The position numbers and the translations under genes were made by a program. DNA of 64,000 bases from Tubulanus polymorphus (lineage: Eukaryota > Animalia > Nemertea): assembly GCF_964204645.1 (NCBI RefSeq), contig NC_134026.1, forward strand, positions 13,204,050 to 13,268,049, written 5' to 3'. Position 1 is the first letter of the stretch. Every line of letters begins with the position of its first letter. Below are positions 61,170 through 64,000 of the stretch, one piece after another. Under the pieces are notes generated by a model. It ran no database searches. It saw only the letters and a program-made list of their open reading frames with translations, and was not told the origin of the DNA.

Positions 61170-64000
61170 ATGGAAGCAAATAAATACTACTGCCCAACAT
61201 GTAATATCGATATAGATAAGTCTCAAAAAGCAAGACACAATAAAACTATAACACATTTAGAGAATAAATTGAAACTAGAATATGAAGATGATATATTAGA
61301 AACTAAATTAGAAGAATTAAAGAATGAAAAAGAAACATACAAATGTGATACATGTAATCAATCATTCAGTGATAAAAGATATTATAATGAGCATTTAAAA
61401 TCTATAAGTCATATTAAAAATAAGAATAATGATATTTTAGGTGAAGATTATTTTGATAATGATAACGATAAGAAACAGAAGACAATTAAAAGCATAAAAA
61501 ATAAATTAAACAATAAAAGACCATACATGGAAGATGTAAGAAATTATATTAATTCATTAGATAATAAAAAAGATATAGAGATAACCGAAGCATTTAAAAG
61601 TGATATTGGTCCAGCAGCTATCGAGTTTAAATTTCATAAAGGAAAAACATTAGAAGAAAATAAAAAACATTTAGAAAATATGAAAAATATTATAAAAATA
61701 ATTACTGATGTTGAATATCCTAAAATTAGTATATCAGTTAAAGTAAAGTTTATAAAATCTGAAGATAAACCAATATATAATATAAATTCTCATTCACAAC
61801 ATATTATATCTAAACAACATATAGATGATAAATTAGATAAATGTTATAATGAAGTAAAAACTAAAATAGAAGAGAAATATTTTGAAGGATCTGGTTTAAT
61901 ATTTGATGAGATAATATTTATAACTTTACATGTTTATAACACAAAATATAATAAGTTAACTAAATCAAAACCAATTGATGAAAATAATTTATCATATTAT
62001 AAAGATGATAGTATAAATGGAACAAGTTATATTAAACTACCATTTAAAACTAATGCTGTAATAAATGTACAAAATTTTGATAATAAATGTTTTCTATGGG
62101 CTATAATAAGTTGTTTACATCCTGCAACTTATAATATTTGTAGATTAACTCATTATAAACCATTTAAAAATAATTATAAGATAGATAAGTATCCTGTTAG
62201 AATTAAAAATATTCCAAAAATAGAAAGAGATAATAATCTTAAAATAAATGATTTAATCAAATTACCAAATAAAAAAGGTAACAATATAAAACATTATACA
62301 TTAGAACCTTTATACCTATCAAAAGATTATGATTCAAATAATGTTATAGATATACTATATTATGAAAATCATTATATGTGGATTAAACAAATCGATTTAT
62401 TTTTCAAATCAGAAAATGATCACCATAAAATATATCTTTGTAGAAAATGTTTACATAGATTCAGTAATGAAAGTACGTTATTAAATCATAAACAATTATG
62501 TGAAAATCATGATTATTGTAAATTAGTTTTACCAAATGAAAAAGATAAAATATTAGAATTCAAAAAATATGATTACAAAAATAAAGTACCATTTGTAATA
62601 TATGGAGATTTTGAATCATTAAATAAAGAATTAACAGATAAAGATAGAAAAGAAATATATTATAAAAGAAAGAAATTAAATTCTAATGAAAGTGATTATT
62701 CAGAAGAACCACTAAAAACAAATACTATTAAAAAGATTCATCAATCAGCTGCAGCTTTCGGGTTATATATTAAATCTAATTATCCAGAACTAATTAAAAG
62801 TGAATATTATAATTATAGAAATGAAAATGTTATTAATCATTTTTGTGACTTATTAATTGAATATGAAATAAGATTTAGTAAATTATTGAATACAAATATA
62901 GAAATTATAATGACAGAAGAAGATAAAGAAGAATTTGAGTTTGCAGATAAATGTTATTATTGTAATCAAGTATTCTATTCATCTGATAAAAAGGTAAGAG
63001 ATCATGATCATTTGAATGGAAAGTTTAGAGGCGCGGCGCATGAGAATTGTAACTTACAAGCTAAGAAAATCAATTTTGTTCCAGTAATATTTCATAATTT
63101 ATCAGGATATGATGCACATTTATTTATCAAACAGTTATGCTATAAAATAGAAGAAATCAATAATGAAATAGAAATATTAAATTCAAATAGATCAAAAGAT
63201 AAAATACCAACTTATAAATTTAGAATGTTAGCTAGAACATCTGAGAATTATATATCATTCCAATTTGGTTGTCTAAGATTTATAGATTCATATAGATTTT
63301 TAAATAGTTCATTAAATAACTTATCAAAATCATTAGTTGATGATGAATTAAAGATATTAAAAGAATGTTACCCAAATAATGATGATTTTAAATTAATGAG
63401 ATATAAAGGAGCAATTCCATATTCTTTCTATAAAATTCATAATGATTTTAACATAACTGAATTATTGAAAGAACAATTTTATGATGAATTAAAAAATGAA
63501 TATGTTAAAGATGAAGTCTATAATAGAACATTGAATATTTGGAATCATTTCAAAATAGAAAATCATGGGCAATTAGTAGATTTATATTTAAAATCAGATG
63601 TATTATTATTAACCGATATATTCGAAAGGTTTAGAGATGTAAACCTAAAATATTTCAATATTGATCCTTGTCATTGTTATTCATCGCCAGGATTAACATG
63701 GGATTGTGGATTAAAATTTACAGATATAAAAATGGATTTGTTAATCTTTATGGTTGGGCAATGATGGAACCACAACCTTATGGGATGTTTGAAATAACTG
63801 AAGTTTTACAAATTGATAAATTTGATTGGAAGAAAAGAATCCTAGATATTGCAGATGATTCAGATATTGGTTACTTCTTCGTTGTAGATTTAGAATACCC
63901 TGAAAATATTAAATTCAAATCTAGAAATCTAGCATATTGTCCCGAACATAAAATTGTTAAACATGAAGAATTATCAAATTATCAAAAAAGAATTAAACCC
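61170..64000 (+). pseudogene. polB: pPolB of element D: N-terminal zinc fingers, endonuclease VII-like and 3'-5' exonuclease domains; internal deletion; runs off the window
   Basis: C2H2 fingers, NVQNFDNKCFLWAI, FVIYGDFES, CYYC..VRDHDHLNGKFRGAAHENCN, FHNLSGYDAH, FIDSYRF, YLKSDV, SSPGLTW. Near 63742 it jumps from DLL to NLYGWAM. Confidence 0.93.

Noticed and set aside
13789-64000. Free virus or bacterial contaminant
   Set aside because: Interleaved with eukaryotic transposons (spliced Harbinger, LTR and HINE-like insertions) and riddled with inactivating mutations, as expected for endogenous copies.

Overview
Eukaryotic, most likely invertebrate animal, genomic DNA made almost entirely of mobile elements; no host gene is recognisable. 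1-5958 is a BEL/Pao LTR retrotransposon whose single gag-pol frame is broken by a 5-bp TA-flanked insertion. 9085-13337 is a complete PIF/Harbinger transposon with TIRs, a CAG TSD, a spliced transposase and a spliced Myb/SANT gene. About 13.8-42.5 kb and 46.1-64 kb are a pile of rearranged, decaying, very AT-rich Maverick/Polinton-like virus copies: protein-primed PolB, rve-chromo integrase, A32-like ATPase, putative major and minor capsid proteins and several membrane proteins. Most notable: (1) a 350-codon LAGLIDADG intein inside the YxDTD catalytic motif of one pPolB; (2) a T-run/about 6-nt spacer/TAAATG motif, matching poxvirus late promoters, before most viral genes; (3) 340-410-bp self-complementary hairpins at the element ends, next to tandem-repeat arrays; (4) a giant-virus-type HNH nuclease. 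Together these suggest, as inference only, an endogenous virophage-like parasite of a cytoplasmic large DNA virus. All family calls come from reading motifs by eye; no database search was run.
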